From positions 219,108,001 through 219,172,000 of the forward strand of contig OZ024740.1 of the NCBI GenBank assembly GCA_964016885.1: 64,000 nt of DNA, read 5' to 3'. Positions 25,981-39,094 of the stretch are shown in pieces. Numbering within the stretch: position 1 is the first letter of the stretch; every line of letters begins with the position of its first letter. Both the position numbers and the translations under genes were made by a program. The notes below the pieces were generated by a model. It made no database searches, was not told the DNA's origin, and saw nothing but the letters and a program-made list of their open reading frames with translations. This DNA comes from Eledone cirrhosa (lineage: Eukaryota).

Positions 25981-26625
25981 TCATCATCATCACCGTTTTA
26001 CATCCATTCTTCCATGCTAGCATGGATTAGACAGATTGTCCTGTTGTGGGCAGTGCCAGGTCGGGTGACCTTGTCTTGCTCATATGGGAACTGATTTTGG
26101 TTTGATTTCTACAGCTGGATGCCTTTCCTAACACCAACCTCATTTATAGTGAGTGCTGAGTGCTTTTTTTTCTGTGGCACCTATATGACCACTTTACAGT
26201 GTGGGCTGGGTGCTTTTTTGTCGTGACACCTCCACAACCACTTTGCAGTCGGAGGGGTGGGGGCATATTGTCTATATGCTTCAGCTTCGGCTTGTACCCG
26301 TGGGAAGTCGGGTCTTCTGTATTACTGCATGACACCAGAGGTCATGGTTCTCTGTCATCACCTTTGAGAGGTGCAATTGGGCAAGGACCACTTTTATCAC
26401 CTAATCACCTCATCCCAGGTCTTCTTGGGTCTCCCCACTCCACGGCTTCCATCGACTTCTTGTGCTCTGCGCCTATTTATGCAGCTGTCATCCTTCATAC
26501 ACATCACATGTCCATACCAATGCAACCTCCTCTCCTGTACACAGCATTTGATTCCTCTTATGCTCAGTCTCTCTCTCAGTTCGTTTATGCTTTGCCATTC
26601 GCGTATATTACTATTACACATCCAT
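25981..26625 (-). mobile_element. RTE-clade LINE 3' fragment
   Basis: WMCNSNIREWQSINELR...RRLHWYGHVM...GRPKKTW; UTR; (GAT)n tail. Confidence 0.9.
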
Positions 26626-26744
26626 GAGTAAATAAATATAAATACACAAAAACAGACACACTTACAAAAATACACACTCACAGACATACATTTACACAAA
26701 CATACACATACATTCACACAAACACACACATACATTCACACAAA

Positions 26745-27130
26745 CACACACACATACACTCACACACAGCATAGTAAATGGAACGCCAGTTGCTTTTTGT
26801 TATAGTTTTTTCACCTTCCACTTCCTTCCTTTTACACACACATACATTGACACAAACACACACACACACACTCACACACAGCATAGTAAATGGAACGCCA
26901 GTTGCTTTTTGTTATAGTTTTTTCACCTTCCACTTCCTTCCTTTTACACACACATACATTCACACAAACGCACACACATACACTCACACACAGCATAGTA
27001 AATGGAACGCCAGTTGCTTTTTGTTATAGTTTTTTCACCTTCCACTTCCTTCCTTTTACACACACATACATTCACACAAACACGTTGTGTGATGGACGGA
27101 AGTCACTCAAATTTATCATATATATAGATT
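26745..27130 (+). repeat. 112-bp tandem repeat, three copies, inside a dispersed element
   Basis: 'cagcatagtaaatggaacgccagttgc...' at about 26767, 26879 and 26991; a single-unit relative lies at 61070-61205. Confidence 0.9.
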
Positions 27131-27386
27131 GACCCTGAAAGCATGAACGACAAAGTTAACTATAGTGAGATTTGGATTCACACACACACACACACACACA
27201 ACACACACACACACACAACATACACACACACACAAATCTTGCCACGGCCAAATTTGATTTTTAACAGGAGTCGATAAAATGAAGTACCAGTCAAATATTG
27301 GGGTTGATGTCATTGACTGATTCCTCCCTCAAATTTGGGGCCCTGTGATTATATAATCATTATTATTTGTAATCCAGGCGATAATA

Positions 27387-27548
27387 GGCGGTGGGTTGGC
27401 AATATCGGTAGGGGGTCGGACGCCATGCTGAGTTCAAACCCCGCCAAGGTTAACTTTGCCTTTCATCCTTAAGGGGTCGATGAAATAAAGTACCAGTAAT
27501 GTACTGAGATAATCACTGGCCTTGTGCCAATAAGTAGAAACAGTTATT
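27387..27548 (+). mobile_element. Family A SINE, internally deleted
   Basis: 'ggcggtgggttggcaatatcggtag...gagttcaaaccccgcc...gcctttcatcc'. Confidence 0.85.
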
Positions 27549-27616
27549 AAATAATTCTCCCCAAACTTGCTGCCCTTCATTAACTGGTTAAGCTTTGTAA
27601 GGTGTGAAAAACTAAT

Positions 27617-30600
27617 ATGATGGTGGTGATTGTAGTGGTAGTGGTTGTGGTGGGGATGGTGATGGTGGTGGTGGTGGTGGTAGTGGCTGTGGTGGGGATG
27701 GTGAGGGTGATGGTGGTGGTAGTGGCTGTGGTGGGGATGGTGATGGTGGTGGTAGTGGTTGTGGTGGGGATGGTGATGGTGATTGTGGTGGTAGTGGTTG
27801 TGGTGGGGATGGTGATGGTGGTGGTAGTGGTTGTGGTGGGGATGGTGATGGTGATTGTGGTGGTAGTGGTTGTGGTGGGGATGGTGATGGTGGTGGTAGT
27901 GGTTGTTGTGGGGAAGGTGATGGTGGTGGTAGTGGTTGTGGTGGGGATGGTGATGGTGGTGGTAGTGGTTGTGGTGGGGATGGTGGTGGTGATGGTGGTG
28001 GTAGTGGTTGTGGTGGGGATGGTGGTGGTGATGGTGGTGGTAGTGGTGGTAGTGGTGGGGATGGTGGTGGTGATGGTGGTGGTAGTGGCTGTGGTGGGGA
28101 TGGTGATGGTGATGGTGGTGGTAGTGGTTGTGGTGGGGATGGTGATGGTGATGGTGGTGGTAGTGGTTGTGGTGGGGATGGTCATGGTGATGGTGGTGGT
28201 AGTGGTTGTGGTGGGGATGGTGAGGGTGATGGTGGTGGTAGTGGTTGTGGTGGGGATGGTGATGGTGATGGTGGTGGTAGTGGTTGTGGTGGGGATGGTG
28301 ATGGTGATGGTGGTGGTAGTGGTTGTGGTGGGGATGGTGATGGTGATGGTGGTGGTAGTGGCTGTGGTGGGGATGGTGATGGTGGTGGTAGTGGTTGTGG
28401 TGGGGATGGTGATGGTGATGGTGGTGGTAGTGGTTGTGGTGGGGATGGTGATGGTGATGGTGGTGGTAGTGGTTGTGGTGGGGATGGTGATGGTGATGGT
28501 GGTGGTAGTGGTTGTGGTGGGGATGGTGAGGGTGATGGTGGTGGTAGTGGTTGTGGTGGGGATGGTGATGGTGATGGTGGTGGTAGTGGTTGTGGTGGGG
28601 ATGGTGATGGTGATGGTGGTGGTAGTGGTTGTGGTGGGGATGGTGATGGTGATGGTGGTGGTAGTGGCTGTGGTGGGGATGGTGATGGTGGTGGTAGTGG
28701 TTGTGGTGGGGATGGTGATGGTGATGGTGGTGGTAGTGGTTGTGGTGGGGATGGTGATGGTGATGGTGGTGGTAGTGGCTGTGGTGGGGATGGTGATGGT
28801 GATGGTGGTGGTAGTGGTTGTGGTGGGGATGGTGATGGTGATGGTGGTGGTAGTGGCTGTGGTGGGGATGGTGAGGGTGATGGTGGTGGTAGTGGCTGTG
28901 GTGGGGATGGTGATGGTGATGGTGGTGGTAGTGGTTGTGGTGGGGATGGTGAGGGTGATGGTGGTGGTAGTGGCTGTGGTGGGGATGGTGATGGTGATGG
29001 TGGTAGTGGTTGTGGTGGGGATGGTGATGGTGATGGTGGTGGTAGTGGTTGAGGTGGGGATGGTGATGGTGATGGTGGTAGTGGTTGTGGTGGGGATGGT
29101 GATGGTGATGGTGGTGGTAGTGGTTGAGGTGGGGATGGTGATGGTGATGGTGGTGGTAGTGGTTGTGGTGGGGATGGTGATGGTGATGGTGGTAGTGGTT
29201 GTGGTGGGGATGGTGAGGGTGATGGTGGTGGTAGTGGTTGTGGTGGGGATGGTGATGGTGATGGTGGTAGTGGTTGTGGTGGGGATGGTGATGGTGTTGG
29301 TAGTGGCTGTGGTGGGGATGGTGATGGTGATGGTGGTGGTAGTGGTTGTGGTGGGGATGGTGATGGTGATGGTGGTAGTGGTTGTGGTGGGGATGGTGAT
29401 GGTGATGGTGGTGGTAGTGGCTGTGGTGGGGATGGTGATGGTGATGGTGGTGGTAGTGGTTGTGGTGAGGATGGTGAGGGTGATGGTGGTGGTAGTGGTT
29501 GTGGTGGGGATGGTGATGGTGATGGTGGTAGTGGTTGTGGTGGGGATGGTGAGGGTGATGGTGGTGGTAGTGGTTGTGGTGGGGATGGTGATGGTGATGG
29601 TGGTAGTGGTTGTGGTGGGGATGGTGATGGTGATGGTGTTGGTAGTGGCTGTGGTGGGGATGGTGATGGTGATGGTGGTGGTAGTGGTTGTGGTGGGGAT
29701 GGTGATGGTGATGGTGGTAGTGGTTGTGGTGGGGATGGTGATGGTGATGGTGTTGGTAGTGGCTGTGGTGGGGATGGTGATGGTGATGGTGGTGGTAGTG
29801 GCTGTGGTGGGGATGGTGAGGGTGATGGTGGTGGTAGTGGTTGTGGTGGGGATGGTGAGGGTGATGGTGGTGGTAGTGGTTGTGGTGGGGATGGTGATGG
29901 TGATGGTGGTGGTAGTGGCTGTGGTGGGGATGGTGATGGTGATGGTGGTGGTAGTGGTTGTGGTGGGGATGGTGATGGTGATGGTGGTGGTAGTGGTTGT
30001 GGTGGGGATGGTGATGGTGATGGTGGTGGTAGTGGTTGTGGTGGGGATGGTGATGGTGATGGTGGTAGTGGTTGTGGTGGGGATGGTGATGGTGATGGTG
30101 TTGGTACTGGCTGTGGTGGGGATGGTGATGGTGGTGGTGGTGGTAGTGACTGTGGTGGGGATGGTGATGGTGATGGTGGTGGTAGTGGCTGTGGTGGGGA
30201 TGGTGATGGTAATGGTGGTGGTAGTGGCTGTGGTGGGGATGGTGAGGGTGATGGTGGTGGTAGTGGTTGTGGTGGGGATGGTGAGGGTGATGGTGGTGGT
30301 AGTGGCTGTGGTGGGGATGGTGGTGGTGATGGTGGTGGTAGTGGTTGTGGTGGTGATGGTGAGGGTGATGGTGGTGGTAGTGGTTGTGGTGGGGATGGTG
30401 ATGGTGGTGGTAGTGGTTGTGGTGGGGATGGTGATGGTGATGGTGGTAGTGGTTGTGGTGGGGATGGTGATGGTGATGGTGGTGGTAGTGGCTGTGGTGG
30501 GGATGGTGAGGGTGATGGTGGTGGTAGTGGTTGTGGTGGGGATGGTGAGGGTGATGGTGGTGGTAGTGGCTGTGGTGGGGATGGTGGTGATGATGGTGGT

Positions 30601-33600
30601 GGTAGTGGTTGTGGTGGGGATGGTGGTGGTGATGGTGGTGGTAGTGGTTGTGGTGGGGATGGTGGTGGTGATGGTGGTGGTAGTGGTTGTGGTGGGGATG
30701 GTGGTGGTGATGGTGGTGGTAGTGGTGGTAGTGGTGGGGATGGTGGTGGTGATGGTGGTGGTAGTGGCTGTGGTGGGGATGGTGATGGTGATGGTGGTGG
30801 TAGTGGTTGTGGTGGGGATGGTGATGGTGATGGTGGTGGTAGTGGTTGTGGTGGGGATGGTCATGGTGATGGTGGTGGTAGTGGCTGTGGTGGGGATGGT
30901 GAGGGTGATGGTGGTGGTAGTGGTTGTGGTGGGGATGGTGAGGGTGATGGTGGTGGTAGTGGCTGTGGTGGGGATGGTGGTGGTGATGGTGGTGGTAGTG
31001 GTTGTGGTGGTGATGGTGAGGGTGATGGTGGTGGTAGTGGTTGTGGTGGGGATGGTGATGGTGGTGGTAGTGGTTGTGGTGGGGATGGTGATGGTGATGG
31101 TGGTAGTGGTTGTGGTGGGGATGGTGATGGTGATGGTGGTGGTAGTGGCTGTGGTGGGGATGGTGAGGGTGATGGTGGTGGTAGTGGTTGTGGTGGGGAT
31201 GGTGAGGGTGGTGGTGGTGGTAGTGGCTGTGGTGGGGATGGTGGTGGTGATGGTGGTGGTAGTGGTTGTGGTGGGGATGGTGGTGGTGATGGTGGTGGTA
31301 GTGGTTGTGGTGGGGATGGTGGTGGTGATGGTGGTGGTAGTGGTTGTGGTGGGGATGGTGGTGGTGATGGTGGTGGTAGTGGTGGTAGTGGTGGGGATGG
31401 TGGTGGTGATGGTGGTGGTAGTGGCTGTGGTGGGGATGGTGATGGTGATGGTGGTGGTAGTGGTTGTGGTGGGGATGGTGATGGTGATGGTGGTGGTAGT
31501 GGTTGTGGTGGGGATGGTCATGGTGATGGTGGTGGTAGTGGTTGTGGTGGGGATGGTGAGGTTGATGGTGGTGGTAGTGGTTGTGGTGGGGATGGTGATG
31601 GTGATGGTGGTGGTAGTGGTTGTGGTGGGGATGGTGATGGTGATGGTGGTGGTAGTGGTTGTGGTGGGGATGGTGATGGTGATGGTGGTGGTAGTGGCTG
31701 TGGTGGGGATGGTGATGGTGGTGGTAGTGGTTGTGGTGGGGATGGTGATGGTGATGGTGGTGGTAGTGGCTGTGGTGGGGATGATGATGGTGATGGTGGT
31801 GGTAGTGGTTGTGGTGGGGATGGTGATGGTGATGGTGGTGGTAGTGGTTGTGGTGGGGATGGTGAGGGTGATGGTGGTGGTAGTGGCTGTGGTGGGGATG
31901 GTGATGGTGATGGTGGTGGTAGTGGTTGTGGTGGGGATGGTGAGGGTGATGGTGGTGGTAGTGGTTGTGGTGGGGATGGTGATGGTGATGGTGGTAGTGG
32001 TTGTGGTGGGGATGGTGATGGTGATGGTGGTGGTAGTGGTTGAGGTGGGGATGGTGATGGTGATGGTGGTGGTAGTGGTTGTGGTGGGGATGGTGATGGT
32101 GATGGTGGTAGTGGTTGTGGTGGGGATGGTGATGGTGATGGTGTTGGTAGTGGCTGTGGTGGGGATGGTGATGGTGATGGTGGTGGTAGTGGCTGTGGTG
32201 GGGATGGTGAGGGTGATGGTGGTGGTAGTGGTTGTGGTGGGGATGGTGATGGTGATGGTGGTAGTGGTTGTGGTGGGGATGGTGATGGTGATGGTGGTGG
32301 TAGTGGCTGTGGTGGGGATGGTGATGGTGATGGTGGTGGTAGTGGTTGTGGTGGGGATGGTGAGGGTGATGGTGGTGGTAGTGGTTGTGGTGGGGATGGT
32401 GATGGTGATGGTGGTAGTGGTTGTGGTGGGGATGGTGAGGGTGATGGTGGTGGTAGTGGTTGTGGTGGGGATGGTGATGGTGGTGGTAGTGGTTGTGGTG
32501 GGGATGGTGATGGTGATGGTGGTAGTGGTTGTGGTGGGGATGGTGATGGTGATGGTGGTGGTAGTGGCTGTGGTGGGGATGGTGAGGGTGATGGTGGTGG
32601 TAGTGGTTGTGGTGGGGATGGTGAGGGTGATGGTGGTGGTAGTGGCTGTGGTGGGGATGGTGGTGATGATGGTGGTGGTAGTGGTTGTGGTGGGGATGGT
32701 GGTGGTGATGGTGGTGGTAGTGGTTGTGGTGGGGATGGTGGTGGTGATGGTGGTGGTAGTGGTTGTGGTGGGGATGGTGGTGGTGATGGTGGTGGTAGTG
32801 GTGGTAGTGGTGGGGATGGTGGTGGGGATGGTGGTGGTAGTGGCTGTGGTGGGGATGGTGATGGTGATGGTGGTGGTAGTGGTTGTGGTGGGGATGGTGA
32901 TGGTGATGGTGGTGGTAGTGGTTGTGGTGGGGATGGTCATGGTGATGGTGGTGGTAGTGGCTGTGGTGGGGATGGTGAGGGTGATGGTGGTGGTAGTGGT
33001 TGTGGTGGGGATGGTGAGGGTGATGGTGGTGGTAGTGGCTGTGGTGGGGATGGTGGTGGTGATGGTGGTGGTAGTGGTTGTGGTGGTGATGGTGAGGGTG
33101 ATGGTGGTGGTAGTGGTTGTGGTGGGGATGGTGATGGTGGTGGTAGTGGTTGTGGTGGGGATGGTGATGGTGATGGTGGTAGTGGTTGTGGTGGGGATGG
33201 TGATGGTGATGGTGGTGGTAGTGGCTGTGGTGGGGATGGTGAGGGTGATGGTGGTGGTAGTGGTTGTGGTGGGGATGGTGAGGGTGATGGTGGTGGTAGT
33301 GGCTGTGGTGGGGATGGTGGTGGTGATGGTGGTGGTAGTGGTTGTGGTGGGGATGGTGGTGGTGATGGTGGTGGTAGTGGTTGTGGTGGGGATGGTGGTG
33401 GTGATGGTGGTGGTAGTGGTTGTGGTGGGGATGGTGGTGGTGATGGTGGTGGTAGTGGTGGTAGTGGTGGGGATGGTGGTGGTGATGGTGGTGGTAGTGG
33501 CTGTGGTGGGGATGGTGATGGTGATGGTGGTGGTAGTGGTTGTGGTGGGGATGGTGATGGTGATGGTGGTGGTAGTGGTTGTGGTGGGGATGGTCATGGT

Positions 33601-36600
33601 GATGGTGGTGGTAGTGGTTGTGGTGGGGATGGTGAGGTTGATGGTGGTGGTAGTGGTTGTGGTGGGGATGGTGATGGTGATGGTGGTGGTAGTGGTTGTG
33701 GTGGGGATGGTGATGGTGATGGTGGTGGTAGTGGTTGTGGTGGGGATGGTGATGGTGATGGTGGTGGTAGTGGCTGTGGTGGGGATGGTGATGGTGGTGG
33801 TAGTGGTTGTGGTGGGGATGGTGATGGTGATGGTGGTGGTAGTGGCTGTGGTGGGGATGATGATGGTGATGGTGGTGGTAGTGGTTGTGGTGGGGATGGT
33901 GATGGTGATGGTGGTGGTAGTGGTTGTGGTGGGGATGGTGAGGGTGATGGTGGTGGTAGTGGCTGTGGTGGGGATGGTGATGGTGATGGTGGTGGTAGTG
34001 GTTGTGGTGGGGATGGTGAGGGTGATGGTGGTGGTAGTGGTTGTGGTGGGGATGGTGATGGTGATGGTGGTAGTGGTTGTGGTGGGGATGGTGATGGTGA
34101 TGGTGTTGGTAGTGGCTGTGGTGGGGATGGTGATGGTGATGGTGGTGGTAGTGGCTGTGGTGGGGATGGTGAGGGTGATGGTGGTGGTAGTGGTTGTGGT
34201 GGGGATGGTGATGGTGATGGTGGTAGTGGTTGTGGTGGGGATGGTGATGGTGATGGTGGTGGTAGTGGCTGTGGTGGGGATGGTGATGGTGATGGTGGTG
34301 GTAGTGGTTGTGGTGGGGATGGTGAGGGTGATGGTGGTGGTAGTGGTTGTGGTGGGGATGGTGATGGTGATGGTGGTAGTGGTTGTGGTGGGGATGGTGA
34401 GGGTGATGGTGGTGGTAGTGGTTGTGGTGGGGATGGTGATGGTGATGGTGGTGGTAGTGGTTGTGGTGGGGATGGTGATGGTGATGGTGGTAGTGGTTGT
34501 GGTGGGGATGGTGATGGTGATGGTGTTGGTAGTGGCTGTGGTGGGGATGGTGATGGTGATGGTGGTGGTAGTGGTTGTGGTGGGGATGGTGATGGTGATG
34601 GTGGTAGTGGTTGTGGTGGGGATGGTGATGGTGATGGTGGTGGTAGTGGCTGTGGTGGGGATGGTGATGGTGATGGTGGTGGTAGTGGCTGTGGTGGGGA
34701 TGGTGAGGGTGATGGTGGTGGTAGTGGTTGTGGTGGGGATGGTGAGGGTGATGGTGGTGGTAGTGGTTGTGGTGGGGATGGTGATGGTGATGGTGGTGGT
34801 AGTGGCTGTGGTGGGGATGGTGATGGTGATGGTGGTGGTAGTGGTTGTGGTGGGGATGGTGATGGTGATGGTGGTGGTAGTGGTTGTGGTGGGGATGGTC
34901 ATGGTGATGGTGGTGGTAGTGGTTGTGGTGGGGATGGTGAGGGTGATGGTGGTGGTAGTGGTTGTGGTGGGGATGGTGATGGTGATGGTGGTGGTAGTGG
35001 TTGTGGTGGGGATGGTGATGGTGATGGTGGTGGTAGTGGTTGTGGTGGGGATGGTGATGGTGATGGTAGTGGCTGTGGTGGGGATGGTGATGGTGGTGGT
35101 AGTGGTTGTGGTGGGGATGGTGATGGTGATGGTGGTGGTAGTGGTTGTGGTGGGGATGGTGATGGTGATGGTGGTGGTAGTGGCTGTGGTGGGGATGGTG
35201 ATGGTGATGGTGGTGGTAGTGGTTGTGGTGGGGATGGTGATGGTGATGGTGGTGGTAGTGGTTGTGGTGGGGATGGTGAGGGTGATGGTGGTGGTAGTGG
35301 TTGTGGTGGGGATGGTGATGGTGATGGTGGTGGTAGTGGCTGTGGTGGGGATGGTGAGGGTGATGGTGGTGGTAGTGGTTGTGGTGGGGATGGTGAGGGT
35401 GATGGTGGTGGTAGTGGCTGTGGTGGGGATGGTGATGGTGATTGTGATGGTATGTGGTGGGGATGGTGATGGTGATGGTGGTGGTAGTGGCTGTGGTGGG
35501 GATGGTGATGGTGATGGTGGTGGTAGTGGTTGTGGTGGGGATGGTGATGGTGATGGTGGTGGTAGTGGCTGTGGTGGGGATGGTGATGGTGATGGTGGTG
35601 GTAGTGGTTGTGGTGGGGATGGTGATGGTGATGGTGGTGGTAGTGGTTGTGGGGCGATGGTGATGGTGATGGTGGTGGTAGTGTCTGTGGTGGGGATGGT
35701 GATGGTGATGGTGGTGGTAGTGGTTGTGGTGGGGATGGTGATGGTGATGGTGGTGGTAGTGGTTGTGGTGGGGATGGTGATGGTGATGGTGGTGGTAGTG
35801 GCTGTGGTGGGGATGGTGATGGTGATGGTGGTGGTAGTGGTTGTGGTGGGGATGGTGAGGGTGATGGTGGTGGTAGTGGTTGTGGTGGGGATGGTGATGG
35901 TGATGGTGGTAGTGGTTGTGGTGGGGATGGTGATGGTGATGGTGGTGGTAGTGGTTGTGGTGGGGATGGTGAGGGTGATGGTGGTGGTAGTGGCTGTGGT
36001 GGGGATGGTGATGGTGATGGTGGTGGTAGTGGTTGTGGTGGGGATGGTGAGAGTGATGGTGGTGGTAGTGGTTGTGGTGGGGATGGTGATGGTGATGGTG
36101 GTGGTAGTGGTTGTAGTGGGGATGGTGATGGTGATGGTGGTAGTGGTTGTGGTGGGGATGGTGATGGTGATGGTGTTGGTAGTGGCTGTGGTGGGGATGG
36201 TGATGGTGGTGGTAGTGGCTGTGGTGGGGATGGTGAGGGTGATAGTGGTGGTAGTGGTTGTGGTGGGGATGGTGAGGGTGATGGTGGTGGTAGTGGTTGT
36301 GGTGGTGATGGTGAGGGTGATGGTGGTGGTAGTGGTTGTGGTGGGGATGGTGATGGTGATGGTGGTGGTAGTGGCTGTGGTGGGGATGGTGATGGTGATG
36401 GTGGTGGTAGTGGCTGTGGTGGGGATGGTGATGGTGATTGTGGTGGTAGTGGCTGTGGTGGGGATGGTGGTGGTGATGGTGGTGGTAGTGGTTGTGGTGG
36501 GGATGGTGAGGGTGATGGTGGTGGTAGTGGTTGTGGTGGGGATGGTGATGGTGATGGTGGTGGTAGTGGTTGTGGTGGGGATGGTGATGGTGATTGTGGT

Positions 36601-36735
36601 GGTAGTGGCTGTGGTGGGGATGGTGAGGGTGATGGTGGTGGTAGTGGCTGTGGTGGGGATGGTGATGGTGATGGTGGTGGTAGTGGCTGTGGTGGGGATG
36701 GTGATGGTGATGGTGGTGGTAGTGGTAATGGTTAG
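27617..36735. repeat. 9.1-kb G-rich minisatellite, 39-bp consensus GGG GAT GGT GAT GGT GAT GGT GGT GGT AGT GGT TGT GGT
   Basis: Units of 33-42 bp differing by whole triplets; rare variants recur at 657-bp and 2076-bp spacing. Confidence 0.97.
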
Positions 36736-37105
36736 TGCTGGATGATGATGGTGGTGGTGATAATGGGGTGGTGGTGTTGGTTGTGATGATGGTGGTGGTG
36801 GTGGTTGTGGTGGTAGTGGCTGTGGCGGAGGTGGTGATGGTGATGGTGTTGGCGGTAGTGGTGGTGGTGGTGATGGTTGGAGTAGTGATGATGGTGGTGG
36901 TGGTGATGATGGGGTGGTGGTTTTGGTGATGGTAGGGGTAGTGATGATGGAGGTGGTGGTTGTGGTGGTGGTGTGGTGGTAGTGGTTATTGTGATGATGG
37001 TGGTGGAGGTGGTGGTAGTGGTATTGGTGATGATGGTGGTGGAGGTGATGATGATGATGATGTTGATGATGGTGATGATGATGATAATGATTATGTCGAT
37101 GATCA
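36736..37105. repeat. Degenerate (GGT/GAT)n low-complexity flank of the array
   Basis: Seen directly in the sequence. Confidence 0.85.
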
Positions 37106-37289
37106 TAATAATTGTTTCTACTTTAGGCACAAGGCCAGCAATTACCCAGTACATTACTGGTACTTTATTTTATCGACCCCGTAAGGATGAAAGGCAAAGT
37201 TAACCTTGGCGGGATTTGAACTCAGATCATACAGGGAGGTAACTCTATGCTACAAAGCATGGCGTCCGACCCTCTACCGATACTGCCAA
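37106..37289 (-). mobile_element. Family A SINE
   Basis: High identity to other copies; 'tcgatgatcataata' on both sides is a likely TSD. Confidence 0.88.
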
Positions 37290-37299
37290 TCGATGATCA

Positions 37300-37740
37300 T
37301 AATAATGATGATGATATTGCTGCTGCTGCTGATAATAGTGATGAAGATAAGGATGAAGATGCTGTTGCTACTGCTGCGGCTGCTGCTGATAGTGGTGGTG
37401 GTGGTGGTGGTGGTGGTGAAAGGGTGGGGGGTGTTGGTGGTTATGATGATGATGATGATGATAATGCTGCTGCTGATAATAGTGATGAAGATAAGGATGA
37501 AGATGCTGTTGCTACTGCTGCTGTGGCTGCTGCTGATAGTGGTGGTGGTGGTGGTGGTGGTGAAGGGGCGGGGGCTGTTGGTGGTTATGATGATGATGAT
37601 GATGATGATAATGCTGCTGCTGATAATAGTGATGAAGATAAGGATGAAGATGCTGTTGCTACTGCTGCTGCTGCAGCTGCTGATGGTGGTGGGGTGGTGG
37701 TGGGGGGTGTAGGTGAATGGGGGTGTGGTGTGGTGTGATT

Positions 37741-37789
<49 letters not shown>

Positions 37790-37790
37790 C
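37300..37790. repeat. About 147-bp tandem repeat (three copies) of GCT/GAT/GGT triplets, followed by (GAT)n
   Basis: 'gctgctgataatagtgatgaagataaggatgaagatgctgttgctactgctg' at about 37325, 37469 and 37616. Confidence 0.85.
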
Positions 37791-38397
37791 ATGAGAAATC
37801 AATACCTTCTCCAAATACTAAATTCTATCATTTATAATAAAACAGAGAAACTAATAACACAATATAATCGGTTAAGAGTTTGAATGCAGCTGAAACAAAT
37901 ATATTGTAAAAATTTCCCACCCAGCAGATGTCTGACAATGAAGCAATATGATCCCAGTTATAATCCAACTACTACCCAGATGATTAGGGGGAATATAATC
38001 TAAAGGAGATAATAGGATTATTAAGGAGTATTTCTTGAAATGTTTCTCAAGAAAATTAGAATATAATATACAGATTAATAAATACTTTTTCTTCTTGTTT
38101 TGCTAGTAAGACAGTGATACTTAAGGATCAAGGAAACCAGATTTGGCAGAAGTTAAGCAACTTGATATTAGAAGAGTTTAGATATAAGAGAAAAAAAAAA
38201 AATGATTCATAACCAGTGTGTGATGTGTAGGTATGGCTTTGTGGTTACAGAATTCATTTTGCATCCACATGGTTTAGGGGTTAATTCCTACTGTGTGTCA
38301 CTTTCTGAGAGTGTCTATAGCCTTGGGTTGATCAATGGTTTGTGAGTGAAATCTGGTAGAGAAATATTTGTTTCTACTTTTGGCACAAGGCCATATA

Positions 38398-38585
38398 ATT
38401 GTTTCTACTTTTGGCACAAGCCAGCAATTACCCAGTACATTACTGGTACTTTATTTTATCGACCCCCGTAAGGATGAAAGGCAAAGTTAACCTCGGCGGG
38501 ATTTGAACTCAGACCGTAAAGGGACGTAACTATGCTGGAAAGCATGGCGTCCAACCCTCTACCGATACTGCCAATTCACCGCCAA
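38398..38585 (-). mobile_element. Full-length family A SINE
   Basis: Head 'ggcggtgaattggcagtatcggtag'; a duplicated tail piece lies at 38368-38392. Confidence 0.88.
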
Positions 38586-38740
38586 TTGGTAGACAAATAA
38601 TGTATATATATATATACACACATCTGTGTATAAATACACACACACATATATATAGATATAGATATGTATAAATATGTATATATATATATATATGTGTGGG
38701 TGTATACATTTTTGGGGACACCCTGTATATACATATATAT

Positions 38741-38828
38741 ATACAGGGTGTCACAAATAATGTATGCATAGTTTGATTACTTGTACAGGCAATATTTATT
38801 AGAATGCTAATGAAATTTTGGGGGGACA

Positions 38829-38832
<4 letters not shown>
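38741..38832. mobile_element. Tiny Tc1/mariner-like MITE in (TA)n
   Basis: TA-cagggtgtc ... ggacacc-TA termini; another end 'ggggacaccctgta' at 38713-38726. Confidence 0.5.
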
Positions 38833-38920
<88 letters not shown>

Positions 38921-39046
38921 ATATATATATATATACATATAACATATATATATATTGTAATATAAGTTTGGTAGAAATATCCAAGAGTATGACCACTCAA
39001 TGTACAGGACAGGTTAAGTAAAATTACTTTACAACAGTGACATATG

Positions 39047-39094
39047 CAGGTACTTAAGTTTTGTTGGGTTATGCAGCCCAATTCATTCAGCCTG
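39047..39094 (-). ncRNA. Variant HHR (CTGAATGA core, GAAA replaced by AAAA)
   Basis: cagg-CTGAATGA-attgggc...cccaac-AAAA-cttaag-TA-cctg. Confidence 0.55.

Noticed and set aside
27617-36745. 3042-aa Val/Met ORF and 2440-aa Thr-rich ORF as genes
   Set aside because: Triplet-based repeats lack stops by composition. There is no signal peptide or unique domain, and SINEs flank the array on both sides.
38398-38585. tRNA genes suggested by A- and B-box motifs
   Set aside because: They are heads of multi-copy SINEs that continue into SINE body and tail, with no complete cloverleaf.
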